DNA of 64,000 nt from Trypanosoma brucei (taxonomy: Eukaryota), in the NCBI GenBank assembly GCA_000002445.1, contig CP000071.1:1088001-1152000 (forward strand). The letters are read 5' to 3'. The number at the start of each line of letters is the position of its first letter. The first letter of the stretch is position 1. Under the pieces are notes generated by a model that saw only the letters and a list, made by a program, of their open reading frames with translations, was not told the origin of the DNA and ran no database searches. Shown in pieces: positions 30,290 through 41,044 of the stretch. Both the position numbers and the translations under genes were made by a program.

Positions 30290-30464
30290 TTTAACTCAGC
30301 CACAGTTGGTATGCACAATATTTTGTCCCTTGTGTGATGTCACGCTCTTAATACCCCTTTTCTTTTTTCTTTTTTCTTTATTATTATTATTTATTTATTT
30401 TTTTTTTCCAATCAAATGGTTCTCTTGTTTTTTCAGAAAAAAAAAATCCAATTCCTCACTGGTC

Positions 30465-30467
<3 letters not shown>

Positions 30468-30501
<34 letters not shown>
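30468..30501. repeat. (TA)17 microsatellite
   Basis: Direct reading. It lies between the PCD-like gene and the 128-aa membrane-protein gene. Confidence 0.9.
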
Positions 30502-30502
<1 letters not shown>

Positions 30503-30880
30503 GCGCACCTATTAATATTAATTTATTTAAATTCACTTATGGATAAATGAGTTATTCAGAGGACACGGTTTTTCTTCTTCTGTGTGCCTGTTGGTCGTTT
30601 ATGTCACCACACTAACTATTTTTTTTTAGTGGTTGTTGGCTTTTTTATTCTATATTTTAAAAATTCTAATGTTTGTTAATTTCATCCAAAAAAAGAAGTT
30701 AAATTAAACAAATAAGGAAACACAGTACAAAAAAAAACAAAAAATAACATTCATGGAAGAGAAACGAGCAAATAACAATAGTAATGGCAATAGAAGTGTG
30801 AATATAACATTCATCCAAAACACAGACACCACGCAATCAACTGAGAAAAAAAAAGGGAAGAAACTCGTGCAAATGAATAC

Positions 30881-31690
30881 TTACGGGGATGTGCAAGAAG
30901 AAGGAGTTCCGTCATTATTATTGTTATTACCGTCTTTTGAAAGAACAGCTTCCCATGAAGTTGCTATGCCCTCTACAGTTTCCGCGAGTGGCTTCTGGCG
31001 TTCCTCCTCGCGACGCTTCAACGCTTCCGCCACACATTCACCCATCATATCCTCAATTACGGAACGTTTAACCACTCCATCAATGATTACCTTTTGTTGC
31101 CGTTTGCTTTTCTTAAACATGTTGTATTGATCGTTCAAAAAGGCGGCGAGACGAGCCTCACGTTTACTGAGACCCCGGAAAGATGGCGAATAAATATATA
31201 CCGTTATCCTCGTCCCTTCCCAAGTTACGTTTGGGTACTTGTCGCTTCCGTAACAAAAGGCCCACAGACGGCCCATGAAAAGATACGCGTCGCGAAAATT
31301 AGCGAAATCAAAATCGCGCTTTAGCGCCCCCTCACCGGTAAAAATGGTCAGTGGGGCGGGACCCATTTCTTCTTTTTCTTCTTTTCGAGCATCAGCTCCT
31401 TCAGCATCGGCATCGGCATCAACACACGGAAAACATTCATCCACCGGCACCCAACCTTTCACGCTTTTCAGAAAATCCTCCACTTCATCTTCCCGCATCC
31501 TCCGCTCATGACGGGCGTAAGAGGCCCCATGCTGAGGGTTGGAGTTGTGAAAAATGTTAAAACCATAATCCCCTTTGCAACGGCGTGTGGAAACATCACT
31601 TGTGCGGATATTTCCCAAACATCCGCGCGCAGTCGCCATACAACAGGAGCGGCGCATGTGCAAATGAGTGTGAGATGTTAGCACATTCAT
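30881..31690 (-). CDS. Pterin-4a-carbinolamine dehydratase (PCD/DCoH)-like domain protein with degenerate catalytic motif
   Basis: The C-terminal ~90 aa KGWVPVDE...LKRDFDFANFRDAYLFMGRLWAFCYGSDKYPNVTWEGTRITVYIYSPSFRGLSKREARLAAFLNDQY align to the DCoH core (FxFxDFxxAxxFMxRVA...DHHPEW..V...V.I.LSTH...GLSxRDxxLAxFI). The catalytic HHP is replaced by KYP and STH by SPS. The ORF-track start (31909) reads through (TA)n, so the start is trimmed to Met at 31688-31690. Confidence 0.5.
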   Translation of the reverse strand: MNVLTSHTHLHMRRSCCMATARGCLGNIRTSDVSTRRCKGDYGFNIFHNSNPQHGASYARHERRMREDEVEDFLKSVKGWVPVDECFPCVDADADAEGADARKEEKEEMGPAPLTIFTGEGALKRDFDFANFRDAYLFMGRLWAFCYGSDKYPNVTWEGTRITVYIYSPSFRGLSKREARLAAFLNDQYNMFKKSKRQQKVIIDGVVKRSVIEDMMGECVAEALKRREEERQKPLAETVEGIATSWEAVLSKDGNNNNNDGTPSSCTSP

Positions 31691-31833
31691 AACGCGATTA
31701 AAAGCACTGTACCTAAGCAACTTTTTCTTTTGATGTGGGCTCTGTACAAAGCGCCCTTTCGTTCCCGACGAGAGCACATGAAATAAGACGAAGAAAGAAG
31801 CTGTGTGGTTAAACTGGAAAGGCACTTGAGTAT

Positions 31834-31857
31834 CATATATATATATATATATATATA
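31834..31857. repeat. (TA)12 microsatellite in the 5' region of the PCD-like gene
   Basis: Direct reading. Confidence 0.9.
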
Positions 31858-32812
31858 AAGACACACACACGCCCTGCAAACGTGTAAGTTGACGAAAACC
31901 ACGACTCAAAACTTCGTCCCTGTTTGGTAGTATTAATAACTTTTTTTTTTAAACGTGCATCAAGGGAAATATTTGAACCCGCGCGCACTCTGGCACCTCG
32001 TGCCGGCGTTATTCTTACTTAACGTGTGCCTGATAGTTTTTTTTTTTACTTCGCTGGAGCCGTTCTTTGCTTCCTTCCCTCCCTTCTCTCGCTGTCTCAT
32101 CTCCTTTCATTTCTCGCATGTCATAACAAAATCCGTAGAGTCACATGCTCAAAAAGAAAACAAAAAAAAAAGAAGCAAAGAACCGAAGAAAACACAACAA
32201 CCGAAAACTAATGGAGTGGAATGATGCTTCAATTGTAAAACTCAAATCAGCAGAAGTACACATGAACCCTCCCGTAAAGTCACCGCTTCCCCACCATCCG
32301 CTACTCATTCCATTCCCTTTTTTTCCCACTACTCTTGTCGTTCACAAACATAAGCCAGGCAAACACAGACATAAAATGGGAAATATATATATATATATGT
32401 AGAAACAAAATCCACATATCAACTTACCTTCATCAGGTATTGCGTCCTTCTTTCCCCCTTTCCAAAAGCATGCTGCGTTAACCATATTTCGACTTATTTC
32501 CCACCGCAACCTCAAACGAACACACCTCAATAATCCAACCAGTGACGTTACGTCCCCCGTCACCCCGCATGGCACCGCAGGAACGCTGGGCTCAGTGCTA
32601 AACTCAACTTCACGAGCGATTTGCAAAAGCGGGGTTGCCGTGCTAAACAAAAAAAATTCCGAAGGGAAAATGACAAGAACGTAAGAAAGAAAAGGGTGCA
32701 CGGCAACATACGAAATGCATGAACAGATAGTCCTACGTATATGTGTACGTGCGACCGCGTGTGAATGTGAATGTACTCAAACTTGGATGGTGTGTGTGTT
32801 CGTGTGGAAATC

Positions 32813-34264
32813 CTATGCCGATTCTTGTGGCACTTCTCGGCGTGATCGCTTCTGCTTCGGTGTCTCACTCACTTCCTCACGCTCACCTTCGGCTTCAGCG
32901 CTTTGAGCGGTCCGTTGTTTCTTTGCACGGCGGCGAATAATTTTTTTGTATTGTTCGAGCGCCTCCTCCATAGCTACACGGTTTGAGGGCGGTTTATTAC
33001 CCGTGTCAAAGAAATTGAGCCGCGCTTCCACCTGTTCTCGCAATTTCTCGCCAAAGACCTGCGGCGGGGCGTCCATGAAACAATCAATGCGGCACGCAAG
33101 GGCAGCTTTGTTGGCAAGGTAACGAGAAATCTTACCCCTATGCTCCTTAGCGGCGCGCTGAATGAAGGTGGAATGGAAAATAAGGCCGTATTTGGGGGTG
33201 TTGCCCTTCCGCTTTTTCAAGGCACGGAATAAAGCCTTCTCTGCACCGAGAATTTGGATGGTACTCGCAGGCGATTTGGCGAGGTTTGTAAGGGAACCGG
33301 CTTTCGAGATGAGCTTCGCACCGATGTTCTGCCCCATCAACTCCGTTAAATTGGGTGCCACAAGCATCATCTTATCCACAAGGTACTGTTGTAACGACTC
33401 TCGGTAGTCTCCAAGAGACACGACACGTTTCATGAAGCGGCGAATGTTTGACCAGTCAACCTCTGCCATATCGCCACCCATCGACGTGACGGCTTTCTCA
33501 TACACACGAGCCGCGAGAGCTTCATCACCCTCGAGAATCTCAGCGATTTGTTGCGTTACCTCCTCAGTATCGCGCTCTTCCAGCGTGCTGCGGCTACCAA
33601 TTAACAGAGCGACTTTGGAATACTTGAGTGGCTCCGGCACCTCCTTAGCCAATTCAGGAAAGTGCCAGCCGTACCATTCCTTTACGCGCATTCCAAGAAG
33701 GTTGACGCCCTTGTCCATGTGCTCTGTCAAAGCAGAAGATTGAATAATCATGTTGTCACTGCGATGAACGTTGAATTTCACTTTGTTGCGGGAGAAGGCG
33801 TGGCCGAGACCGCACTGCGCACGAAGTATATCCTTTTCTTGATGCTCGGGCAACAATTTCTCGGCGTGCAAACGCAAACAGCGGCACATCTCCACCACGT
33901 TTTCATTGCACAACACAGCGAATTTCAGCTCATCGTGAATGGCACTCCCCAACTTGGGGTCTGACACACCAAGCTCCCAGTTGGCTTCACCCTTTGTTGC
34001 CTTCTTTGACAGAACCGAAGTCAAAAAGTTATTCAGGAAAGGACTTACAATAGATTCATTAATGCAAACGGCGTCCTCCAACGCATTCTCCGGTGACTGA
34101 TAAGGTGCGAAGGATAGAAGTTTCACCCACGGGGAAAACGTGGCAAACGTTTGAAGGTCCTTCTGTAGTGCAACATCACCAGCACCAATTTCCTCCGTGG
34201 TGAGTACCTTAAACAGGGCATAACCCGTGGGACCCTCATATAAGAGATAAAGTGTTTTTGACAT
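32813..34264 (-). CDS. Nop56/Nop58-family box C/D snoRNP core protein
   Basis: 483-aa ORF. N-terminus MSKTLYLLYEGPTGYALFKV. Nop domain QILGAEKALFRALKKRKGNTPKYGLIFHSTFIQRAAKEHRGKISRYLANKAALACRIDCF. Charged K/R/E-rich C-tail. Confidence 0.8.
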   Translation of the reverse strand: MSKTLYLLYEGPTGYALFKVLTTEEIGAGDVALQKDLQTFATFSPWVKLLSFAPYQSPENALEDAVCINESIVSPFLNNFLTSVLSKKATKGEANWELGVSDPKLGSAIHDELKFAVLCNENVVEMCRCLRLHAEKLLPEHQEKDILRAQCGLGHAFSRNKVKFNVHRSDNMIIQSSALTEHMDKGVNLLGMRVKEWYGWHFPELAKEVPEPLKYSKVALLIGSRSTLEERDTEEVTQQIAEILEGDEALAARVYEKAVTSMGGDMAEVDWSNIRRFMKRVVSLGDYRESLQQYLVDKMMLVAPNLTELMGQNIGAKLISKAGSLTNLAKSPASTIQILGAEKALFRALKKRKGNTPKYGLIFHSTFIQRAAKEHRGKISRYLANKAALACRIDCFMDAPPQVFGEKLREQVEARLNFFDTGNKPPSNRVAMEEALEQYKKIIRRRAKKQRTAQSAEAEGEREEVSETPKQKRSRREVPQESA

Positions 34265-34480
34265 TGCCTATAGTGGTTCTCCTCTTATCCCCTCCCCTCC
34301 TTCCTTCCTTTTTTCTTTTCGTGTTTTTTTTTTGCTCTCGACCTGTCCTTTTTTATTTATTTATTTCTTCCGCTTCCTGGACTGTGTATCACCTTTTATT
34401 GCTTCGTGTCGTATGGTTCAACCAACCAAAGTTGCAGTACCAACGGAAACGTGCAATGTAATAGCGGTAATGACGCGCAA

Positions 34481-34600
34481 CCAACCAATCGAATACAAGG
34501 CCAAAAAAAAAAAACACAAAACGGGAGAATGTGAGAATGAGAATTCAAATAAATAAAAAAATAAGCAAATGAATAAGTACAGGTACTAAATATATCGTAA
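34481..34600 (-). promoter_or_regulatory. Candidate polypyrimidine tract (minus strand) and trans-splice acceptor region for the Nop56/58 mRNA
   Basis: Plus-strand purine-rich block, so the minus strand is pyrimidine-rich (T runs). It lies 220-340 nt upstream of the ATG at 34264. Confidence 0.3.
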
Positions 34601-35979
34601 GACATAATCCACTCCTTCTCTTCCTCCTTTATTCTTTTTTTTTCTTTTTCAATCATGAAAGGTACCCCACACACACCCATTCCTTGCCACTGCAGTGACT
34701 TCCTTATTTTGACTGCGCAATCGCAAAACACTAAGCAGATATTAAAGAATTTTGAGGGTAGTAGTAGTAGTAGTGGTGGCGGTGGCGGTGGCGAAGGAAT
34801 AAATAATCCGCTCATAATAATATTAGTCAAAAAACAAAACAAAACAACAAAACATCGAACGCACGGACCGCGAAAAATATGATAACGCATCCAATATGGT
34901 TCTGGTAGTTGATCTGAAATAATATCGTTTTTGTTTTTTGTTTCTTGTTTTTTGCAATTCTCTCGTTTTCTTTCACAAATATATAGCAGTGAGTAAAGTA
35001 ACCCAAAACACGGGAGAGGATTAAAAAAAAAAAAAACACAACAGAAAATAGAAGCAGTAAAGAGAACTGAATATATTCGCTGTGGAGAAGGAGAGCATAA
35101 AAATTAAACGAACAATATGACGTCCATCAAATGTCCTCACCTTCTTTTTGCTTTTTTTTTCTCTTTTGCCTTCCTTGTAGGTTCGTTCAACTCTCCTTTG
35201 ATTACTTCGCCGCGTGGAAAAAAAAAATGAACTATGAACAACAAGATAATAGGAAAAGTAAAAAACCTCGTGAGGGAGGTTTGTAGCAAATAGCAACTAA
35301 CCAAATCACAATAATAATAGTAATTATAAAGATAGCGAACGGAGCCAGAACACGCAAGAGAAAAAAAGGTTAAGAAAAGTGGACAACGAAGTGAAGAAAA
35401 ACCTTCGACATGACCAACAACAACAACAGCAACACACATGAGTAAGGCGAATACAAGGGAGATGTAGTGAGAGAGAGAGAGAGATCGAGAGGGAGTTAAA
35501 GGGTGTGCGCAGAAAAACAACAGCTACAACATCACCAATAAATGTTCCCAATGCAAAAAAAGAAAAAAAAGAAAAAAAAGAGAGAAAACAAAAACAAAAA
35601 CGTGTAAAAAAAAAACACTACAATACATACGCACACCTAGCGAGAAGGAAACCACACTTTTACGAACCGTCTCATACCCAGGCGTGAATGAACAAAACAT
35701 ATTAATCCTCTTTATTTTTTTTTCAAATGAAACAAATCAAGAAATGTACGAAAAAACAAAAAGTAATAGGGAGTGTAAAAACGACGACAATAACAACACC
35801 AAAAAAAAAACGACTCGTTTTTTTTTCTTTAGTTTTAATTAGTTTTCTTATTTGCTCCCTTCCTCTCTCCGACCAAGCGAACGCACATACTCATACATTT
35901 TATGAACTTTTTCTTTTTCGTTTATTTCCCTCTCCCTAACAAACAAATATAAATCAATAAGCAGATACAAACCTCCAGC

Positions 35980-36000
35980 TATATATATATATATATATAT
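35980..36000. repeat. (TA)10 microsatellite
   Basis: Direct reading. Confidence 0.9.
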
Positions 36001-36407
36001 CGTTTAAACTTTCCCACCCCAACCCCTTTACGTTTTGATTTTTTTTTAAATATTATTTGACGCCGACTGCTCCGCTCAATTTGCACGTCGCAGGGTAAAT
36101 AGTATCACAAAAGGACGAATGGCTTGTAAACGTATTTTAAACACACACGCACACAAACAAAAAAAGGAACAGGAAAACAGACGTATATAAATACAAGTGC
36201 GTACGAACCTTTTACAGGAAGCTAAGAGTCAACTTATTTTTGCTCGTATCCTCCAGCTTTTCTTTTTCTTTTTTTTGTTTTTCCCCCTCTTCACTTCCCT
36301 TACTTCTGCTCTCCTTGACTTTTTTCTTTTTTTCTTTTTCTGTTGAATACCATTGCACTTTTTCTTGCATTATCTGCTGCCACCGTAGGTCGTATGCAAT
36401 AGAAATG

Positions 36408-37637
36408 TTAGGGCATAGAGGTGGGAAGATCTGACACTTCCATAAGACTATGAGTCCGCAGCATATGGTCACAGCCGAGTACTTCCTTCGCATTTGTGGT
36501 GCCATTTGAAAGTGCGAGTCGTTGTTGTATGATATTCTCTCGCTTTAACCGCCGTGCCTCAAAGCCACGAACCTCCGCCAAGAACATTTGATGCATGGAG
36601 AAGATGTCGCTCACCTCTGGGAAATGGAAAGGACCACTGCATGCCTCCGTAAGATCCAGTGGGTCATATAGAGATGCAAAATAGGGATGCTGCAAAGCCT
36701 GCTCAGCACTGATACGCCGCGCTGGATTGAATTCAAGCATACGACTGAGCAAATCTATTGCTTCAGCATCGGCAGTGGGCACCACATCACACCATGGCCG
36801 GGGCTTGCAGTGCGAGAGGGCGTTACGAAGGTAATTCCGCGCCTGCGAAGATGAGAACATATCAAGGTGGTCTTCCTCCGTGGGCGCTCCTACAACTTCC
36901 ACAATTTTGTCTAACTGGTTGTAGAATGTAGAACCACGAAAAAGGGCACGACGGTTGAAAAGCTCACCCATTACGCACCCAGCAGACCACATATCGACAA
37001 GTTTCGTGAATCCTTTGAACTGCATCACGAGTTCCGGTGCGCGGTACCAGCGGTGCGTCACGTAGTGTGTTTTATTTGGATCCTGCGTATCCTCTCGTGC
37101 CAGATTGAAGTCACATATGGTGATGTCATTGTTCTCAGAGACAAGTACATTTCCTGGGTGCAGATCACGATGTACAACACCCGCTTCGTGCAGAACATGC
37201 AATCCAAGTATGATGTGGTACATGAAGAAGCGGATGTGCTGGGGAGAAATATCAATGCGCTTATCGTGTATAACTTGTGCCAGGTCGGTACGCATGAGGT
37301 CGGTGACGAGGTACAGTTTGTGCTGGCCCGGGGGCTGCAGATGTATGAACATGTTCTTCAGTCCGAGTATGTTTGGGTGGTGGAAGTGGTTCAGCAGCAT
37401 AATCTCGCGCAACACCCGTTTGCAGAGAAAAGGATCGGAGAGGATATTTATGGTCCGACCCTCAGAGATGGTGTTGAACACCCGTTTAATCGCCACGGGA
37501 AGATCGCTTTCATCCACGCCTGCAAAAACAGCCCCATAGCTCCCACTGCTGAGAAAACGGTGCACCGTATAACGAGAATTCATCTCCCGTAATTCCACAA
37601 TGAGCTCTTGCATCAGCTCCTCGCCTTTAGAACCCAT
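36408..37637 (-). CDS. MAP-kinase-like (CMGC) protein kinase with atypical catalytic-loop, DFG and activation-loop motifs
   Basis: 409-aa ORF. Gly loop SSGSYGAVFAG, VAIK, αC Glu, HRDLHPGNV (Lys to His), ICDFNLARE (DFG to DFN), activation loop THYVTHRWYRAPE (T-H-Y), and a CMGC-type insert. Confidence 0.7.
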   Translation of the reverse strand: MGSKGEELMQELIVELREMNSRYTVHRFLSSGSYGAVFAGVDESDLPVAIKRVFNTISEGRTINILSDPFLCKRVLREIMLLNHFHHPNILGLKNMFIHLQPPGQHKLYLVTDLMRTDLAQVIHDKRIDISPQHIRFFMYHIILGLHVLHEAGVVHRDLHPGNVLVSENNDITICDFNLAREDTQDPNKTHYVTHRWYRAPELVMQFKGFTKLVDMWSAGCVMGELFNRRALFRGSTFYNQLDKIVEVVGAPTEEDHLDMFSSSQARNYLRNALSHCKPRPWCDVVPTADAEAIDLLSRMLEFNPARRISAEQALQHPYFASLYDPLDLTEACSGPFHFPEVSDIFSMHQMFLAEVRGFEARRLKRENIIQQRLALSNGTTNAKEVLGCDHMLRTHSLMEVSDLPTSMP

Positions 37638-38726
37638 GTTGTCAAACCTTGTCAGTCTACACCCAAAAGCAGAAGACCGAGGTTAATGACAAAATTTCCA
37701 GAAAAAAATATGGGGAAAAGAAACCGCAAATAGTCTTCTTTGATTCGAAAATATGAAGTAGACCTCAACCGAATACATCAGGAGAGGTACGAAGATGTGC
37801 AAGTAGAAGAGTGCAAAATATTAATGTATAGATATTTATACAATCGCACGTATGGTTTTAATTTTCCTTCGTTTCGATATTAGAGCCCTTCCCTCCTCTA
37901 ATTGCCTGCCAGCTGTGCCGCTCTTTTGCCTTGTTTTCTTTTTTTGAATACACCTTTTGCTACTTGTCAGCGAGTCCATGCCTGGATGTGCACGACGCCG
38001 CTGACCTTCGGCATCGCAATTCGTCACTCACATGCTTAAAAAAATAATTGTTTTTCCCAGCATGGCTTTCAACGCATCCGAAAGTCCCTCCTTGCAGATT
38101 GTTCATTTATATGCCATATACATACAACATTTACATATATGTATATGCTTATTTATACGCATAAGCACTCATACTTTTTGTGTTGCTACTTTCCTTCGCA
38201 GGCACATGCGTAGTGAAATGTGGGAGACAGAATTCACACACATATGGGTGTGAAGGGAACAAGCGGATATGAAGAAAACAAACAAAAGGCACGCAAGTTC
38301 CTCCGCATACGCATATTTACATGCAAGAGAGCGTCACCATCGACCGCACAAACGTGGAGGCACAGTGAGAGCAACAGTAGCGAGGAAAAGAGGAAAGTGG
38401 AAAAGACCAAATTACAAATCAGCAAAAGCTAATTCCACCGTACGCCGTCTCACCCTGACATGATGCGAGTGGGCAGACGAAAGAAAAAAAAAATAATTAT
38501 ACAGCCACAAATCTGCCCCACACTAACATAAGCCGACAAACAAAAAAAAGCAGAAAGAAGGGCAAGAAAGATACGAGAGAGGCACCTCACTCCTTTTCTC
38601 AGCTCCTTTTTTTTCTTTTTCTTTTTTCCATGCTCATGGCATCCGGCAGCGGCGTGTGTACGTATATTTTTGTATGTGTATGTGTATGTGTAAAGGATGC
38701 ATATGATCCTTCTCTACCAATCGTAT

Positions 38727-39227
38727 CTAACCCTCTTTTTCATCCTTCAGTACATCTCTCTTGTCAGCAGCGGCAACACCACCACCTGTTGTTACGCATG
38801 GGGTGAGCCCCGGGCCGCTGCCGTTATAAAATTTCCCACTCCATACTTTCCCTCCAACATCAGTATATGTCCCAAGTCCATGCATACGGTTACCACGCCA
38901 ACCACCATCGTACATTGCACCGGAGGCCCATATGTATGTCCCGCAGCCTTCCATCACGCCGTGCACAAACTGCCCCGTGTAGGAGTCACCACTGACAAGA
39001 AATCGGAGTGTACCATTGCCATGCATTTCATCTTCAGACCAGTTACCTTCGTAGTGAATAAGAGGACTACTGTACGTTCCTTGTCCGTGGCGGCAACAGA
39101 AATTACTGTCGGTAAGTCGTCGCACACCACCCGTGTAGCGTGCCATTTCCCGCTGATGTACGTAACTCCCATTTTCTTCAACGAAAACCTGCTCCTCCTT
39201 CCTCTCCACCTTCTTTTTGGGTGGCAT
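38727..39227 (-). CDS. MORN-repeat protein
   Basis: 166-aa ORF with at least 5 consecutive MORN units: YEGNWSEDEMHGNGT, YTGQFVHGVMEGCGT, YDGGWRGNRMHGLGT, WSGKFYNG. Confidence 0.7.
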   Translation of the reverse strand: MPPKKKVERKEEQVFVEENGSYVHQREMARYTGGVRRLTDSNFCCRHGQGTYSSPLIHYEGNWSEDEMHGNGTLRFLVSGDSYTGQFVHGVMEGCGTYIWASGAMYDGGWRGNRMHGLGTYTDVGGKVWSGKFYNGSGPGLTPCVTTGGGVAAADKRDVLKDEKEG

Positions 39228-39762
39228 TGAAGTAAATCACCTTTCTATACTAATAATGGCACAGACTGTCGTTTAGAAAAAAAAAATAGGTACGCACTTA
39301 TAGGGAAAAGGTGAAAAAGAAAAGAAAAGAAATGGGAACTGGCGGTGATGAGAGAAAAATAAAAGGAAATGTCTTCAGACACATCCGACAACAACTGAAA
39401 TACGAAAACTGCGCAGTGCGGTAGTACCAGGACAGAAGAAAGCAGGGAAAGCTGTTGAAACAAAAAAGCAAAGTTAACACTTCTTCATATTCACCCTCTT
39501 CCTCCCGCTACCCAAACCTTGAAATAACTGCTTTGCACACTATTTCCCAGACAGCCTCCTTCCCCGCATGCGCTACAGGCGAGTATGTTCAGTTGAGGAC
39601 ATAAAAGTACACATAATTGTTGAAAATGCTACGAGCACTTTCTCACATATCTACATTGAAAATCTGGTGTTGCCCTTTGCCCCCACAATTATCTCTGCAT
39701 TTCCGCACCTCCATGAGGTCTCGCGGAGGGCTGGTTAAATCTTCAGGGGACAGGGAGTGAAC

Positions 39763-39764
39763 GT

Positions 39765-39795
<31 letters not shown>

Positions 39796-39796
39796 C
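39763..39796. repeat. (GTGTGC)n/(GT)n microsatellite
   Basis: gtgtgcgtgtgcgtgtgtgtgtgtgtgtgtgtgc. Confidence 0.9.
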
Positions 39797-39841
39797 TATC
39801 CGGTCTGCTGCTAACATTCCTCTCTATTTTTCCTTTTAAAT

Positions 39842-40522
39842 CTACGCACTGTTCGCAGCGTCGTATCCCTGAAGCCGTGTCTGAAGGTGCTGTTTACACG
39901 CGTCAGAGCACACGCAGTGCACGAACGGTATATCACGATGACCCGATTTGTTGTTGACTGTAACAAGCACTTCATGATCCCGCATTCTTACGCAACAGTT
40001 GGAGCAATCCACCGAGTATAACCGTGGGGCAATAGTTATGGGAGCTGCTCCATTGACCTCCTCAGGAAGTAGCAGTGGATTGTTTTCCAGCAGCAGCACC
40101 TCCAGACGTGGTAGAAAGAGAAGACCCCCGGGGAGAACACGTAATTGATTGTTTTCCACACGTAGTTCTTGTAGACTCTTCAGCTGCCACATCTCCATCG
40201 GCAGTTCCTGAAGTAAGTTGTTACCCAAATGCAGGCGTTCTAAGTGGGAAAGACGACCCATCTCTCGTGGAACAGTCGTCAGCCTGCAATAACTTGCATT
40301 AAGCCAACGCAGTCGGCCTAACTCCCCAATTGCTGATGGGAGGCTTCCAAGGGAATAGTTATTGTCAATGTGCAGTATCTCCAGTGTGCCACGCAGGGCC
40401 CTAATTTCAGGAGGAACTGCCGTGGTACCCTCTTGATAACTGAAGTGTAATGTAGTGGCATTCTCATCGAACGCCTGCTGTATTGCATTCAGGAAATTCT
40501 CTTCTGCATCCATGATCGACAC
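39842..40522 (-). CDS. Leucine-rich-repeat protein with a Cys-rich C-terminal tail
   Basis: 226-aa ORF. LRR units LEILHIDNNYSLGSLPSAIGELGRLRWLNASYCRLTTVPREMGRLSHLERLHLGNNLLQELP...LQELRVENNQLRVLP...LEVLLLENNPL. C-terminus CSNCCVRMRD...HCVCSDAC. Confidence 0.6.
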   Translation of the reverse strand: MSIMDAEENFLNAIQQAFDENATTLHFSYQEGTTAVPPEIRALRGTLEILHIDNNYSLGSLPSAIGELGRLRWLNASYCRLTTVPREMGRLSHLERLHLGNNLLQELPMEMWQLKSLQELRVENNQLRVLPGGLLFLPRLEVLLLENNPLLLPEEVNGAAPITIAPRLYSVDCSNCCVRMRDHEVLVTVNNKSGHRDIPFVHCVCSDACKQHLQTRLQGYDAANSA

Positions 40523-41044
40523 CGATCTGTCCGTTTGGCCCCCTCGTCTATTTGGTTGCCCTTGCCGGCGGTGTGTTATTCCTTTGGTTTTGACTTCGTG
40601 TCTTGACCTCTATATCCTTGGTGTCTATTTCTCAATCGGTCTTCTTCTAGTTTTGCTGATCACACCTACAAAAGAATACTGGCCCGCCAGTCACAAGTAA
40701 ATCATTGGGAGGGGAGGGGACGGAGTAAGAGAAGCAATAGCAGTCAAACGTCAGTATTGTAAATGTGACGTGCAATTACCCCATGGTCGTGGTTGCGAAG
40801 CACATCCACGAGTTGACTAAACAAAGGGGAAATCACGCAAGTCTTCCCTCTTTGGAAGGTACGACTTACGAACGTGCTCATACAATATGGCACACCCAAA
40901 CGGTGCAGCAATACCGTTTAGAATAAGACAGAAAGCTCGCTAACACCGAAACACCCAACGCGACTACCATCAGACAAGAAAAAGTTTGGCGCGCACCAAC
41001 AACCAATCCAACCATTAGTAAGGAACATAGACAAATTGGCTACA

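Noticed and set aside
840-31690. Functional linkage between the putative folate/biopterin transporters and the PCD-like (pterin-recycling) gene as a pterin-salvage cluster
   Set aside because: They are 24 kb and eight unrelated genes apart within a polycistron, where gene order does not generally reflect function, and the PCD-like domain has lost its catalytic residues. It is mentioned as a caution, not a finding.
31691-31909. N-terminal 73 residues of the ORF-track call 30881..31909 (…VCVSLYIYIYIYDTQ…)
   Set aside because: It reads through the (TA)12 tract at 31834-31857. It is most likely 5'UTR, so the start was trimmed to Met at 31690.
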